A stretch of DNA of 64,000 nucleotides from Balanoglossus misakiensis (Eukaryota > Animalia > Hemichordata), in contig CM082577.2 in NCBI GenBank assembly GCA_040954595.2, positions 14,205,903 through 14,269,902 of the forward strand, given 5' to 3'. The translations under genes were made by a program, and so were the position numbers. This document shows, one piece after another, positions 52,029-64,000 of this stretch. Positions within the stretch are counted from its first letter, which is position 1, and each line of letters opens with the position of its first letter. Under the pieces are notes generated by a model. It saw only the letters and a program-made list of their open reading frames with translations, had not been told where the DNA came from and made no database searches.

Positions 52029-52958
52029 ATGCCATCGAAGCGGAAAGCTACTTCGAAGGGCAAGACAACTTTGCCTAAGCGCAAGGCCACGTCATCAAGT
52101 GCTGAGGTACCAACCCAGGCAGGTTCACAACAGGGAGAACAGCCGGCCGCAAGTACAACCATCGACCCAGATGCGTTAGCTACCTCAATATCTCAGGCAG
52201 TCGTCAAGAGTCTTAAAGACGTCGGCCTTTTTCCCGCTGCAAGCCCACCTACAGCGACAGCCACCGCATCTTCATCAGTCGCCAATCAAGTCATCAATGA
52301 CATTACTGGTTCAGAGGTGCAAGTTGATTCGTTACCACAAGGTCAGGTCCAGGATGAACCTGCATGCCAGGTTAATCTAACACCTACTATTCAGGGGTCT
52401 GAGACAGAGCGTCAACCTACCACACTGTTTGCAAGCCAATCCATGCCCTTGGTTACAAGGGTGTCGGATAAGGTTAAGGCTAAAATCTGGGCAGGTGATT
52501 ACATCGATTTCGCGTCTTTGCTCATCAATCCCTCCCTGCGTGATGGTAAATACACCGTCGCTTTATCTGATAGTGTTGGTAGGCCTCAGCTATGTCTAGA
52601 GCCCGTTGCTAGTGCTAAGAAAATTACTTACATTGAGCAGTGGATTTCAGCTTTTAACATCTTTGTAGCTGTGTACACATTGAGAAAGCCTGAAGACATT
52701 GCAGGCCTTTTGAAGTATGGGGAAGTGGTGCGGGATCTAGCTGTCAAAAAAGCGGGTTGGAAGTTTTACGATGAGCAATTTCGCTTTATGAAGCAGTCGA
52801 CTCCTGTTCCTTGGGACCAGATTCACTGGGAGTTGTGGTTACAGGCCATACATAGGGTTAAGAATTTGTCTTCTGATCGGGCTGCCCCCATGTCTTGCAG
52901 TAACAGTTCCATTTCAGGTTTCTCCAGTACGTCCTTTCCGAAAGGGGTTTGTTGGTGA
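52029..52958 (+). CDS. Ngaro gag-like ORF1 (C-terminal Zn-knuckle frameshifted)
   Basis: KAKIWAGDYIDFASLL...IEQWISAFNIFVAVY...GWKFYDEQFR...WDQIHWELW. HKCFKCGANHP follows out of frame. Confidence 0.8.
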   Translation: MPSKRKATSKGKTTLPKRKATSSSAEVPTQAGSQQGEQPAASTTIDPDALATSISQAVVKSLKDVGLFPAASPPTATATASSSVANQVINDITGSEVQVDSLPQGQVQDEPACQVNLTPTIQGSETERQPTTLFASQSMPLVTRVSDKVKAKIWAGDYIDFASLLINPSLRDGKYTVALSDSVGRPQLCLEPVASAKKITYIEQWISAFNIFVAVYTLRKPEDIAGLLKYGEVVRDLAVKKAGWKFYDEQFRFMKQSTPVPWDQIHWELWLQAIHRVKNLSSDRAAPMSCSNSSISGFSSTSFPKGVCW

Positions 52959-53129
52959 CCACAAATGCTTTAAGTGCGGGGCAAACCATCCCATTTCAAT
53001 GTGTAATGTCAAAAGTTCAGCTAGTCTCAGCATTGGGGAAGGAGTCCATCAGCCCTTTCACTCTGGAAAAGGAGGAGGTCCCTACCACGCTCCCAGAGCT
53101 TACGTGGTGTCCAAACAGCCCTCCGTTGC

Positions 53130-54594
53130 CAATAATAGTGTCACCAGTAAAGGTTCAAGTTCTTAGGCAGTTTCTACACGGCTACGACAAGGGCAAGGCG
53201 GCATATTTGTTGGCAGGTTTTTCACATGGTTTTTCGATACATTACTGTGGTCATAGGGGCGGGGGGTCATCCCCTAATTTGAAGTTGTTCCCAAAAAACA
53301 GGCCGGTAAGTTTCGGTTTATTCACCACCTTTCTTTTCCTCCGGGGTCATCAGTTAATGACGGTATTCCTCCTGAGTTGGCAACTGTTCAGTATGCCACC
53401 ATTGATGATGCAGTTCGGATCATTTTGAGGTTGGGCCCAGGATGTTTTTTGGCTAAGACTGACATCAAGTCAGCATTTAGAATCATACCAGTGGCACCTC
53501 AGGATCATTGCTTGTTGGGTTTCAAATGGGATGGGTGTTTCTTCGTTGATAGATGTCTGCCTATGGGGTGTTCGTCGTCCTGTCGCATTTTTGAACATTT
53601 TAGTACTGCGTTAGAGTGGATGTCTCATCAGGTTGCAGGCGTGGAGGCTGTTATTCACATTCTAGACGATTTCCTTTTTCTGGCTAGTAACAAAGAACGG
53701 TGTTCAGCGGATCTACAGACATTCCTGGGTTTTTGTGCAGAGCTGGGGGTTCCTATTGCTCAGGATAAGACCATGGGGCCCAGTACTACTTTGGTTTTCG
53801 CAGGTATCGAATTAGACACTGTATTAGGAGAATCTAGGCTCCCAGAGGATAAATTGTTTCGGTGCCGCAATTTGATCAATTCCTTTTTGTCTAGAAGAAA
53901 GGTTAGGCTACAGGAAATTCAGTCATTGGTTGGGACCTTAAATTTTGCTTGCTTGGTGGTGCTCCCAGGACGGGCATTTTTACGTAGGTTGATCGATTTA
54001 ACGAAAGGGGTCAAGAAGTCACACTTCTTTTTACGTCTGACCAGAGAGGTTAAAGCAGACCTCCTAGTGTGGAAACAGTTCCTAGACCATTACAACGGGA
54101 AGTCGTTTTTTATGGAGGATCGGTGGCATTCATCCGACTCACTTCGTTTATTCACAGATGCAGCTGGGTCTCTTGGGTATGGTGGCATTTTTGGTTCTCA
54201 CTGGTTCTTTGGAGAGTGGCCTACTAGTTGGCATGCAATAAATATCGCAGTCCTAGAGTTATTCCCTATCATGCTGGCGTTAGAGGATTGGGGACAAAAG
54301 CTATGTAACAAACGTGTGATGTTCTACACTGATAATGAGGCCTTGGTGTCAGTCTTGAATAAACAAACAGCGAAGGACAGGGACCTTATGATTTTGGTTC
54401 GACGGATTGTGCTCACTAGCCTTCAGTACAACCTTCTTTTTCGAGCTAAACATATTCCTGGTAAGCATAACATTTTGGCAGACTGTCTTTCCCGCTTGCA
54501 GGTAGGCCAGTTCAAGTCTGCATCTCGGGGCATGGATGCCTATCCGACTCCAGTGCCGTCTCAGTTGCTACCTATACATTGGACATGGAAGTAG
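53130..54594 (+). CDS. Ngaro reverse transcriptase / RNase H (internal deletion and frameshift near 53283)
   Basis: LAKTDIKSAFR, LPMGCSSS, HILDDFL, LFTDAAG, IAVLELFP, FYTDN, HIPGKHNILADCLSR. Confidence 0.88.
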
Positions 54595-55503
54595 GCAGAC
54601 TTCTGCAGCAGGCTCTTCACAGTTCTTCCAGGTCAACCTATCAGCGTTCTTGGAGAGTTCTTACCCAGTTCATGGGTAGCCAGTTAGGGGTGCATTGTCC
54701 ATCTCTGCCGCTGTCAGAATCCTCGGTCACATTGTTTATTGGTCACCTCACTAGGCAACACCTATGCCCCATCCTCTGTTTCTACCTATTTGTCAGCCAT
54801 TAGCTACGTTCATAAACTTGCAGGCTTGCAGGACCCTACTAAGTCCTTTTTGGTTCACAAATTGGTCCAGTCATACCGTAAGCTGGTGCATCAACGAGAT
54901 GATCGTCTCCCTATCACTAGGGATATCCTACTTCGTCTGATTAAGGCCATTCCAAATGTGGTCACATCTGTTTATCAGCGTTCTCTTTTTAAGGCTATGT
55001 TCTTATCAGCCTTCTATGGGTTCCTCAGGATTGGGGAATTCACAGTTCGGAATAGGTTTGATGTTGGAAAAGCCATTCTTTTCCACCAGTTGGAGTTTCA
55101 GGTTAGCGCAGGTTTGCCACAGTCAGCAACTGTGTCCTTATTCAATTTTAAGCACAGTAAACCAGGCGGTGTGTTTGTTATCAAATTTCAGAAGGTTCTT
55201 AGGTCTGACTTGTGTCCGGTTCAGGCATTGTGGGAATTTAGTCATTTGAGGGGGAGTGAGCCTGGCCCTCTTTTCTGCATGCCAGGGCCGTTAGGCATAG
55301 GAGGGGGAGATTTCACGGCACAGCTTAGGCGTTCGCTCACTTTTTGCGGCTTTGAGGTAGACAGGTTCAAGGGACATAGCTTTAGGATAGGAGCAGCCTC
55401 TCAAGCTGCTAAAGACGGGTTGTCCGATGCACAGATACGCGCCTTAGGCAGGTGGAGGTCAGATGCTTTTAAGGGGTACATTAGGCAACCAGCATCTTGG
55501 TAA
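54579..55503 (+). CDS. Ngaro tyrosine recombinase (frameshift near 54750)
   Basis: AFYGFLRIGEF...KHS...LCPV...GHSFRIGAAS...LGRWRSDAFKGYIR. Confidence 0.88.
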
Positions 55504-56814
55504 CCAATTTTTAGGCTTTTGGCTATCAAGAGCAGGGGATGGTGTTTTTAGGGTCCTTCCCTGGGGTGGTCTGGTCATTTTGGGTGGGGCGGCCACACCA
55601 GGGTGTGGCTTATGGCGTTTTTAGGCCCACACCTTTGTGGGAGATTCTTTATGTACCTATTTTACAGTGTTTAGTGTTATGTTAATTTTCCTCGCCAGTT
55701 GACCTTTGACCTATACCTACCTTGTTGAGGTTTTTGCTGTTTTATTGAGGCAGGCAACTGGCGAGGAATTTTTCATCATCTTTACACATTGTTAACCTTT
55801 GCAATAAAGGGTCAATATCTCTTGGCCATTTTTCGCCAATTCTGGTTGTGTCGTGTTTTTGTATCTCCCACAAACAGAGCAAAATGACCAGTACAGGTCT
55901 ATTCTGGTGCAGGGATATAAAAGCACGATTATAATCACTATTATAATCGCATTTATAGACATGCTTCTTAGTGATCAAGTTTTACAGTTTTCTATTATCC
56001 GACAGGGAGGTTTACATCACTTTAGTCTCCGGGGGGAGACACTTCATGGAAGAGCAACTTCATTTTCCCGCCTTGACAATATTTGCAGTTTCCTATAGGG
56101 GGGGAGTCAATACTAGGAACAGCCTTTTCCATTTTACAGCCGTGACTTCAAGACAACGAGCTGGTTCATCTCCTCGAATTTTCACTCCCACCGCCTCCCC
56201 ATCTACCTTCCCTACATAGGTCGTATGGGTCGGAGGTATATGTATTTTAGAGCTTACATGGACTTTGTATCTTTACTTATCTCATTGTCGCATTGGATTG
56301 TAGTTGTTAGAGGCGTTCTTAGGCCCACACCTTTGTGGGAGATTCTTTATGTACCTATTTTACAGTGTTTAGTGTTATGTTAATTTTCCTCGCCAGTTGA
56401 CCTTTGACCTATACCTACCTTGTTGAGGTTTTTGCTGTTTTATTGAGGCAGGCAACTGGCGAGGAATTTTTCATCATCTTTACACATTGTTAACCTTTGC
56501 AATAAAGGGTCAATATCTCTTGGCCATTTTTCGCCAATTCTGGTTGTGTCGTGTTTTTGTATCTCCCACAAACAGAGCAAAATGACCAGTACAGGTCTAT
56601 TCTGGTGCAGGGATATAAAAGACATATTTGTAAAAGCACTTGCAAGCAAGCTGCGTATTGACACAAACATCCCCTACCGACATATTTATTGAAATATCCA
56701 ACCTGTACAGTCCTTGTCTGTCTTCTACGTATATTTATAAACTGTGCATAAAAGAAAAACAAATTATTTTCAAACGTTAATACGTGCATTTAATAATAAT
56801 ATTCTGAAGCGACA

Positions 56815-57196
56815 GCTATTGCACTTAATAATGTGATTCTCTATTGTCCCAGGTAAGTGTCGTAAACATGCCACATGACATTTGACATTCATTAAATTTT
56901 CAAGTCCCTCCTTAGCAGTCACAATATCTCCCAGATCTCTCTATCCTGACAGTGTCATATTTTTGAAGCCGCCCTCTCAACCCTCCCGCCCCTCCAGAAC
57001 TGTTTGTAAATGCTGCCTTATCACCATCCAAATAATCAGAACTTTACCATTATGGCTGTTAATTGATATAATTGTTAAAGAATACAAAGCTCTGCCTTAC
57101 ATTTTATATCTTCTGAATCTCTGTGCAATAGTCTAATTTTATGACGTTTGTATGACACTTTAGAGGATATCATTCTCCTCCTAATCATCATCATCG

Positions 57197-57266
<70 letters not shown>

Positions 57267-59578
57267 AATCAATCATTCACTAGATTACATATTATATTTC
57301 ATAGGTTATTCGTATATGTAAATTATGATAAAGACCGTCTTGGCCCCTATGTTGTGCAAGCAAATGCCAAAATTTAACTTTGTGTGTGCGACAGTTGTCA
57401 AGTCATCATAAATTTTATATTCTTATTATTGATATGCATAAGCGACAAGCGTAATACCACTTCTATAATTTGTAAGACCTAAGGTGACAATTTTATGTGT
57501 ACTTGAACCGATTTTAACGCCCAGAAATTTACTTTTGCTTATCATATAGGCATTTGCATTAAAAATGATGTGATACACATTTAGTGAAACAATGAAATAC
57601 GTTTCATACAAGTTTCAATGAAAATCATCTCCTTATATAATTATTCAAAATATACGATGAAAATGATTAAGTTCTATTGCTATATAATGGTAAAAAGCAT
57701 TTACGGTGGGTAAGGATAAGATACATTCTTGTCGGAGCCAGATTGCTCCATTGTTAATGTTATTGAGTAACCACGATGAGAAAAGGGTTTTTTTAACCAC
57801 ATATAGCCACACATAAATTACAGGTAATTGCATTTTTCTAATAAATAGTTTATACAAAACATAAACATTTTCTACAACGTTGTGTCCTTCCTTGTCAAGT
57901 TGATATTGATGTTCGCTTAGATACTGTTGAAACTCGTCCGGTGATTACAGGTGATTACACATACACACGGTGGAGTTTACATTAGATGACGGTGATACCT
58001 GGATATAGAATGGTATATGAACAATTGTTTTAATACTTGTGGGGACACTGGTGATGTGCCAAATTAGATTCCCCTTCTCACAAACGTGAGGTTCACATGT
58101 GTAATACTAACGCATGAATCATGGAGAGTGGTACATAGAGGACAGTACAATTAGTATACCTTTGTCAGTTTGATACTCTAGCATACAATAGAGACAATAA
58201 TGGAAATGTTTCTAACACTCGATGAATTTAGCAGGTTGTAGTCAATGAACCCTAGCTATATCTTTAAAACTCTGCACACCACTTGTTGAAACTCGCTTCT
58301 GTTACTCGCTTCTGATCGCACGTTTTGTAGCAGACTACTCAGGCGGGTCAAAAAGTTTAACGCATTTATATTGATAGCACCATGACGAATCAATCGTTGT
58401 GTTTTCTTTAACATTTTGAGGTACATCTTCATGATACGGTGTGAATGGCGTCTAGGTTAAGATGCCGCAAATTCAAACATTCTCAATATTTATCACCGTG
58501 GCTAAAGTGTCTTTGTCACTAAATTATAACCCGATGATTGTACAGAATATCCACTTGTGTTATGTTATATAAAATTCTTTAAACCCCCAAAATATAATAA
58601 TAAGTATACGCTGTACATAAACTATACAGCAGGACATAAATACAACCATATAACCATACCCGACATCCGTCACGGCTCCAGATATCAGAGTTGTCCATCG
58701 AATAAACACAAGTTACTTGTTTAGCAGCCATTATGAACGTGACGTTTTGCCCTGAAAAACAAAGAAGTTTAATTATAAAGATATCGCTATTCTGCAATGA
58801 TCCGTGTGTATATTAATTTTCGAGGTCGTGAAAGTACTTCGGCAGAATTCACCTCATCACTCGCGAAAATAACTTCTGTAATGCACAAACCGCGCGCAGA
58901 GGTCATGAATATTTATCTTAGTGCGCATGATTCATCAATTGTACATGAGGAAATTAGATACAGTTTCGGATTTATCGGAACTTTAAAACTTACACTGCGG
59001 AATCGCAAAGGTTAAATAGTAAAGTCCGGTCCTGAAGAAGTAGTGTTCTGGAATGAACATACTGGAACGGTTCCCAGAAAACTGGACATCCAGGGAGAAC
59101 ATGTAGCCACGATAGTTATCACTGTAGTCGACAATCTCATTGAAGACATAGGCAGTGGTATATCCATACATGGTTTCCGAATTTTCGAGTGAAATGATAA
59201 CTGCGTGCAACAACATATCTATCTGCAAAGAGAAGTGCAGAATACTCATTAGTCCGAGTCCCATACGGTCACATACATTAATATTATTTTAACCTGTTGT
59301 ACGATTTCCTGTGCGACATTACTTGTTGTGTTTAATTATTACTTTAGAGCATTATTCCACTTCATGATAATTTCCAACTCTGAGAGTGTGGCTTCTATAT
59401 CCGATGTGACTTCAAAATAAATCAAATCATTGATTACTTAGTGTCCATGCAGAATCTCTATATAAACTCCTTGTGTTGCCATATTTTCACAATAAAAAGA
59501 CTTCAATCTCCTTCCTTCAAATGACAACATTTCGAATTTGTGATGATTCCAATACCCATGTGGGCATACCATGATATT
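56815..59578 (-). repeat. Inverted segmental duplicate of about 7187-14277 (without the 8978-13370 insertion)
   Basis: Colinear reverse-complement match including introns, the three GPS-region exons and the microsatellite. The distal end is cut by the DIRS insertion. Confidence 0.93.
57945..59222 (-). pseudogene. Paralogous GAIN/GPS exons (second copy of the 7518-8788 region)
   Basis: Exons 59222-58994, 58751-58660 and 57998-57945 have the same lengths as the first copy and the same CMCNHL* ending. Confidence 0.8.
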
Positions 59579-59975
59579 CCCCCAATTAAACGAGACTTAC
59601 CTGGAAGTTGAAGTTTGATAGGGATTCTATGTAGTCATCTTAACACGAAAGGGATCACATGAGATATGCACTGCGCATGAGTAACTTCAGACTTGAAAGG
59701 GTGAAAGAGCACGTCATAATAAACCTCCACAGAGGGTGGGCATGGGTGGGCATGTGATCCCTTTCGTGTTAAGATGACTACATAGAATCCCTATCAAACT
59801 TCAACTTCCAGGTAAGTCTCGTTTAATTGGGGGATTCTATTACGTCATCACACTCAAGGAACCACATGAGATTTTAAAGCAAGACGTGTGAATGAACCAA
59901 ATACCCACAGAAAACATATATGAGAACTCAAATGTATTTAATTAAATAAATGAAACACTTGTTTACACTTCCAAC

Positions 59976-60960
59976 TTACATCTTCAAAACACCCAAAGCA
60001 AAAACATCATAGTCTTTGACAACAGGTTTATCATAAAACCTTGCAAAAGTACACATAGAAGACCAGCTTGCTTTGGCAATGATCTCCTGGATAGGAACAA
60101 CAATTTTCTTTGCTGTTGAGGCAGCAACAGCCCTAACACTATGAGCTTTGAACACACTGGTATTAATACCTGACCTGGTCATGACTTCACGAATCCAACG
60201 ACTAATGGTCGCTTTTTACACTGCCTTATGAGGCTTAACATAACTAATAAAAAGTTGACTGTCATTATCACGAAAAACCTTAGTGCGTGATAAATACTCC
60301 TTTAATGTAGCACATACACATAACCTAACATCAGATGGATATGGTTGTAAGACTACAACAGGGTTAGCATACCCTGGTCGACTCTGTTTGAGTAAACAGT
60401 CAAAAGTAAAGGTGAATGACATGCCATTTTCAGTCATATTTTGTGTGTTTAATAAATGTAAAGACTGACAGCGTGCGGCTGTTATCAAAGCTATCAACAT
60501 AGCAAGTTTCAATGTCAATGTTTTCAAGGAAATCTCTGCAACTGGAGAACATGACTGCAGGTAAGCAAGAACTTTGCGAACATCCCAAATATGAGTATAT
60601 TTTGACAATGCTGGACGTAGATTGAAAACCCCTTTCATAAATCTCACAACAAGGGGGTGTGCACCTACAGTGGTAGAATGCTGCTTACGTGAAATAGAAC
60701 ACAATTAAGGCAGACAAAGCAGACCTAGCAGTGTTTAAGGCACTATAACTTAGGCCAGACTGATATAGTTCTGTCAAGAAATCCAAGACATGATTTATAG
60801 TTGGATAAAGTGGATCTGCCTTGACTTTACGACAAAAGTGTATCCACTGTCTAGTATATGTTCCATATTGTCTTTTAGTGCTATGTCGCCATGATGCCAT
60901 GATGATTGCGGCTGCTCTTGCAGAAACATTCTGCTTTTCCAGGGAATCCCTGACACATTG
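59976..60960 (-). CDS. DIRS tyrosine recombinase, frameshifted
   Basis: ASWRHSTKRQY...SALNTARSALS / HPLVVRFMKGVFNLRP...TAAR...KQSRP / FKAHSVRA...ASWSS..TFARFY, spread over different frames. Confidence 0.85.
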
Positions 60961-62870
60961 CAAACCATGAGACGTAGTTTCCTCCGCAATGGGTGAAGAA
61001 TTGGAGAGTGTGGAAGTGTCAATAGACTGTCCCTCTTTGGAAGTAGAACAGGCAGATTTATTAACATCTGTAACAATGGTGTGAACCAGGGCTGCGTTGG
61101 CCAAACCGGGGCAATCAGTATCCCTGTTGCCTGGTCTGCTGCAATCTTCTGAACGCATCTTCCCATCAAACTGAAGGGAGGAAAAGCATAAAAATAATGA
61201 GATTTCCAATCTATTGTAAATGCATCAATATGCATAGCATCTGGTTGTGGATGCCATGATACAAAGTTTGTCAGCTGAGTATTGAGTCTAGAAGCAAAAA
61301 GATCAATATCAGGCAAAGCCCACATCTTACAAATAGCCGTGAAAACTGTTGGATCTAATTGCCACTCAGTTTGTTCATTGAAATGTCTTGACTCAAAATC
61401 TGCCTCTATATTGAGGGAACCAGGTAAATGGGCTGCTGTAAGCCATATACTTCTTTCTTTACACCAAAGCCATACTGACTTGGCAATATTATTACAGTCG
61501 ATGGACTTTACTCCGCCCATTTTATTTACATACGCTACTGCTGTAGTGTTATCAGAAAACACTTTCACGTGTTTATTCTTAATTAAATATTCAACTGATT
61601 TCAATGACAAATATATTGCCAGTAACTCTAAATAGTTGATGTGGTGACTAGCCTCCTGGGCTGTCCATCTGCCCCCTCACCTTTTTCCATCACAACTAAA
61701 GCCCCAACCGAGGTTGGAGGCATCACAAGAAACACAAATTTCAGGGTTACATCTACAAATGCAACGTTTCTCATTGAGTAGATTGTGAAACCACCAGGTT
61801 AAATCAACCTTCATATCTTTTGTGATAGCCACGTTGGCATCAAAGTTGCCTTTGTGAAATTTTAATGATGAAATCTTTGCTATGTCAAGAGACCTATAAA
61901 ATAAAGGTCCAAATTCTACTCCAGGGAAACTGGAAATCATCATACCAATAACTCTGGCAACAATGCGGATGGACTCAAAGTCTTTCCGCAACAAATCCGC
62001 ACATGCTGAAACTAGCTTGTCAGCTTTATATTGCGTTAATGTCACAATCATTAGAACAGAGTCAATCTCAAACCCTAAAAAGGTGAGTTTCTGAGTGGGG
62101 ATGAGAACAGATTTAACTGGATGATGCATAAACCCAAGTTCTTCCACAAGGGCCACAGTATCCAATACATTATGATGACATTCATCGAAGGTATTTCCCA
62201 CTAGGAACGAATCATCAATATAACCCATAATGGTGTGACCCATCTGGCGAAGTGTAGTATACACTGGCTTAAGCAATTTAGTAAACTAACGTGGAGCAGA
62301 TGCCAATCCATTGGGTAGGCAGGTATACTGAAACAAATTGCCTTTCCACACAAATTTGAGATATTTTTGGTGGTCTTCTGCAATAGGGACAGAATAATAC
62401 GCATCTTTAAGATCTACTGATGCCATGTAGCAACCACATGCAACGAGGCGTATGGCTGTTTCAAAAGTATCCATTTTGAAATGATGATACTGCACTGATT
62501 CATTAAGACACTTAAGATTAAGAATCATTCTAAAATTACCATCCTTTTTTGGTACAACAAAAATTGGTGACAGAAATTCACCAGCACAGTGATGAGAATA
62601 CACAATAACTTGTTTCGAAAGTAAATTGCTAATTTCATTAGCAATATTGGCCTCCTCATTTGCATTGAAAGATGCTGATTTAGGTGCATACACTTGCACT
62701 GGTGGAAGACCATTGGTAAATTCAATGTGAGCATGCAGAGCAATATCAATTATACGTTCATCAGATGTAATATTACGCCATTTATCTGCAAAATGTTTCA
62801 GTCTACCTGCTGTAAAACTTTGTACATTACCTAGTGAAATACTCACAGGTGAAACAGCAGTGGTATCCAT
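60795..62870 (-). CDS. DIRS RT-RNase H-DNA adenine methyltransferase polyprotein with two in-frame stops
   Basis: FRMILNLK, DLKDAYY, LPNGLASAPR* (62286-62288), YIDD, CDASNLGWG, GKR* (61677-61679), HINYLEL, SDNTTAVAYVN, DIDLFASRLN, DAF, YAFPPF. Confidence 0.88.
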
Positions 62871-62875
62871 AGCCT

Positions 62876-63901
62876 CTACTTCGCTTGAGACTTGGCTTGA
62901 GGCCTTGGCCCTTTGTAGTAGTTTTTTGGACCATCACGGTATTCAGCAAATTGTCTGTAGTTGCCACGACCTCTAACTGGTCCTCTGTAGCGGAAACCAC
63001 GACCTCTCATTCTGGCACGATAACCTCCTCTCATTTGTCGCACACCAATTTTATTTCCAGCCTTATTGACTTCTTGTATATCTTTTACTCGTCTGGAAAT
63101 GTCATCGCCAAACAAATAGTCTGTGAATGGCACAGTAGAAGAGCACAAATGGAGATAATCCAGTCTCAAATCCGGTTTAATGCAATCTCGTCTCCTGAGA
63201 TTTAACAGCCGATTGGTGTGCCCCAAAAAGGCCAGTGAATGGGTGCCCAGATCAAGTAATTTCTGGATGTCAACATTATCCTGAGGTTTGTCCTTTAACT
63301 TGGCTAGTTCACTAACCAGTTGACTTACACAAACTGATCCCTTCACAAGGGAATTTTGCACTACCTGGAACTTTGTGTCCAAAGTTCTTGTCTCTGGGCG
63401 TATGATATCCCAAATCAGTTGGTTTACTCTTACATTCGTCAACCCATGACAGTTTTCTGGGCGAAGAAACTTCTTAACAAGATCATTGTATTTCTCATCA
63501 GGAATTCCATCCCTGAAGAAAGCATTAATCATAGTAGCAAAATCTTCATCAACAGTATCATCACATTGTTCCTTTACCAGAAACATGGTAGCCATATCCT
63601 TGAACATGCTTGGTTGACTGGTGACGTCACTCACAGTGGCATCAGTAGCAGTAGCACTGCCGCTAGCCGAAGCACCAACTTCGGACGCGTCCGAAGCAGA
63701 AGGTTTCATGTGTGAGACAGTTGTCTCATCCTCGACATCTTCAACACAAATATCATTGTCATCTTCATAATAACAATCTTGTTCAATTTTCTCCATACGC
63801 GTAGTGAGCTTACCCTGATTGTCCTTGATCTCCGTAAGCAGATTCAAAATGGCCGACATCTCACCAGAACCAGCCGGTGTGTCTACAGATGACCTGCTCA
63901 C
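62876..63901 (-). CDS. DIRS gag/ORF1 (true start may lie upstream)
   Basis: RPENC...RVNQLIWD...RRRDCIKPDL...YLFGDD with an RG-rich C-terminus, directly upstream of the RT ORF. Confidence 0.82.
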   Translation of the reverse strand: MSRSSVDTPAGSGEMSAILNLLTEIKDNQGKLTTRMEKIEQDCYYEDDNDICVEDVEDETTVSHMKPSASDASEVGASASGSATATDATVSDVTSQPSMFKDMATMFLVKEQCDDTVDEDFATMINAFFRDGIPDEKYNDLVKKFLRPENCHGLTNVRVNQLIWDIIRPETRTLDTKFQVVQNSLVKGSVCVSQLVSELAKLKDKPQDNVDIQKLLDLGTHSLAFLGHTNRLLNLRRRDCIKPDLRLDYLHLCSSTVPFTDYLFGDDISRRVKDIQEVNKAGNKIGVRQMRGGYRARMRGRGFRYRGPVRGRGNYRQFAEYRDGPKNYYKGPRPQAKSQAK

Positions 63902-64000
63902 CTTGCTACTAGTCGCCTCCGACGTTGTGTCGCCCGTGACTAAAACAGCGGCACTATCACGTTTACGCTTGGACTGTTTGTCAACGTCTGAAACAACTGC

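Larger units (their letters stand above)
50834..56621 (+). mobile_element. Ngaro-type tyrosine-recombinase retrotransposon with split direct repeats (A1-ORFs-B1A2-B2), ORFs degenerate
   Basis: A1 50834-51103 equals A2 55917-56186 (270 bp). B1 55621-55923 equals B2 56319-56621 (303 bp). ATAAAAG is shared at both ends and at the B1/A2 junction. gag, RT/RH and YR ORFs lie in between. Confidence 0.93.
59578..64000 (-). mobile_element. DIRS1-type retrotransposon (5' end beyond window), degenerate
   Basis: gag, RT-RH-methyltransferase and YR ORFs on the minus strand. The terminal 84-bp perfect inverted repeat (59578-59661 / 59751-59834) fits an ICR plus right-terminal-repeat arrangement. It is inserted in an intron of the GPS paralog. 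Confidence 0.92.

Noticed and set aside
61677-62288. Recoding of the two in-frame stops in DIRS pol
   Set aside because: The YR ORF is also frameshifted, so ordinary decay is more parsimonious.

Overview
Intron-rich, AT-rich animal genomic DNA (marine-invertebrate style; species not determinable from sequence alone). From 5' to 3' it contains: (1) a multi-exon HYR + GAIN/GPS (polycystin-1-like or adhesion-GPCR-like) gene fragment that stops exactly at the GPS cleavage site; (2) a 4.4-kb foldback-type non-autonomous transposon (about 1.3-kb arms, TTA TSD); (3) a histamine N-methyltransferase-like gene fragment; (4) a tandem flavin-containing monooxygenase (FMO) cluster with one intact 499-aa gene, one gene with a single nonsense codon and four broken or partial copies; (5) an apparently intact 7.3-kb DNA transposon (42-bp TIRs, 9-bp TSD) whose 7-exon, about 1280-aa gene fuses Zn-fingers, an Academ-like DDE core, a RING-H2-like finger and a herpes-USP (peptidase C76)-like domain; (6) a 1.4-kb non-autonomous element with similar ends; (7) a 73-bp satellite and HINE/DINE-like elements; (8) a degenerate Ngaro retroelement, a degenerate DIRS1 element and a DIRS gag remnant; (9) an inverted duplicate of the GPS-gene 3' region, so the FMO/HNMT block is bracketed by inverted repeats. 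The best novelty candidates are the RING + protease transposon and the FMO copies lacking the conserved flavin-site Asn. All family assignments come from motif recognition by eye, and some frameshifts could be assembly errors.
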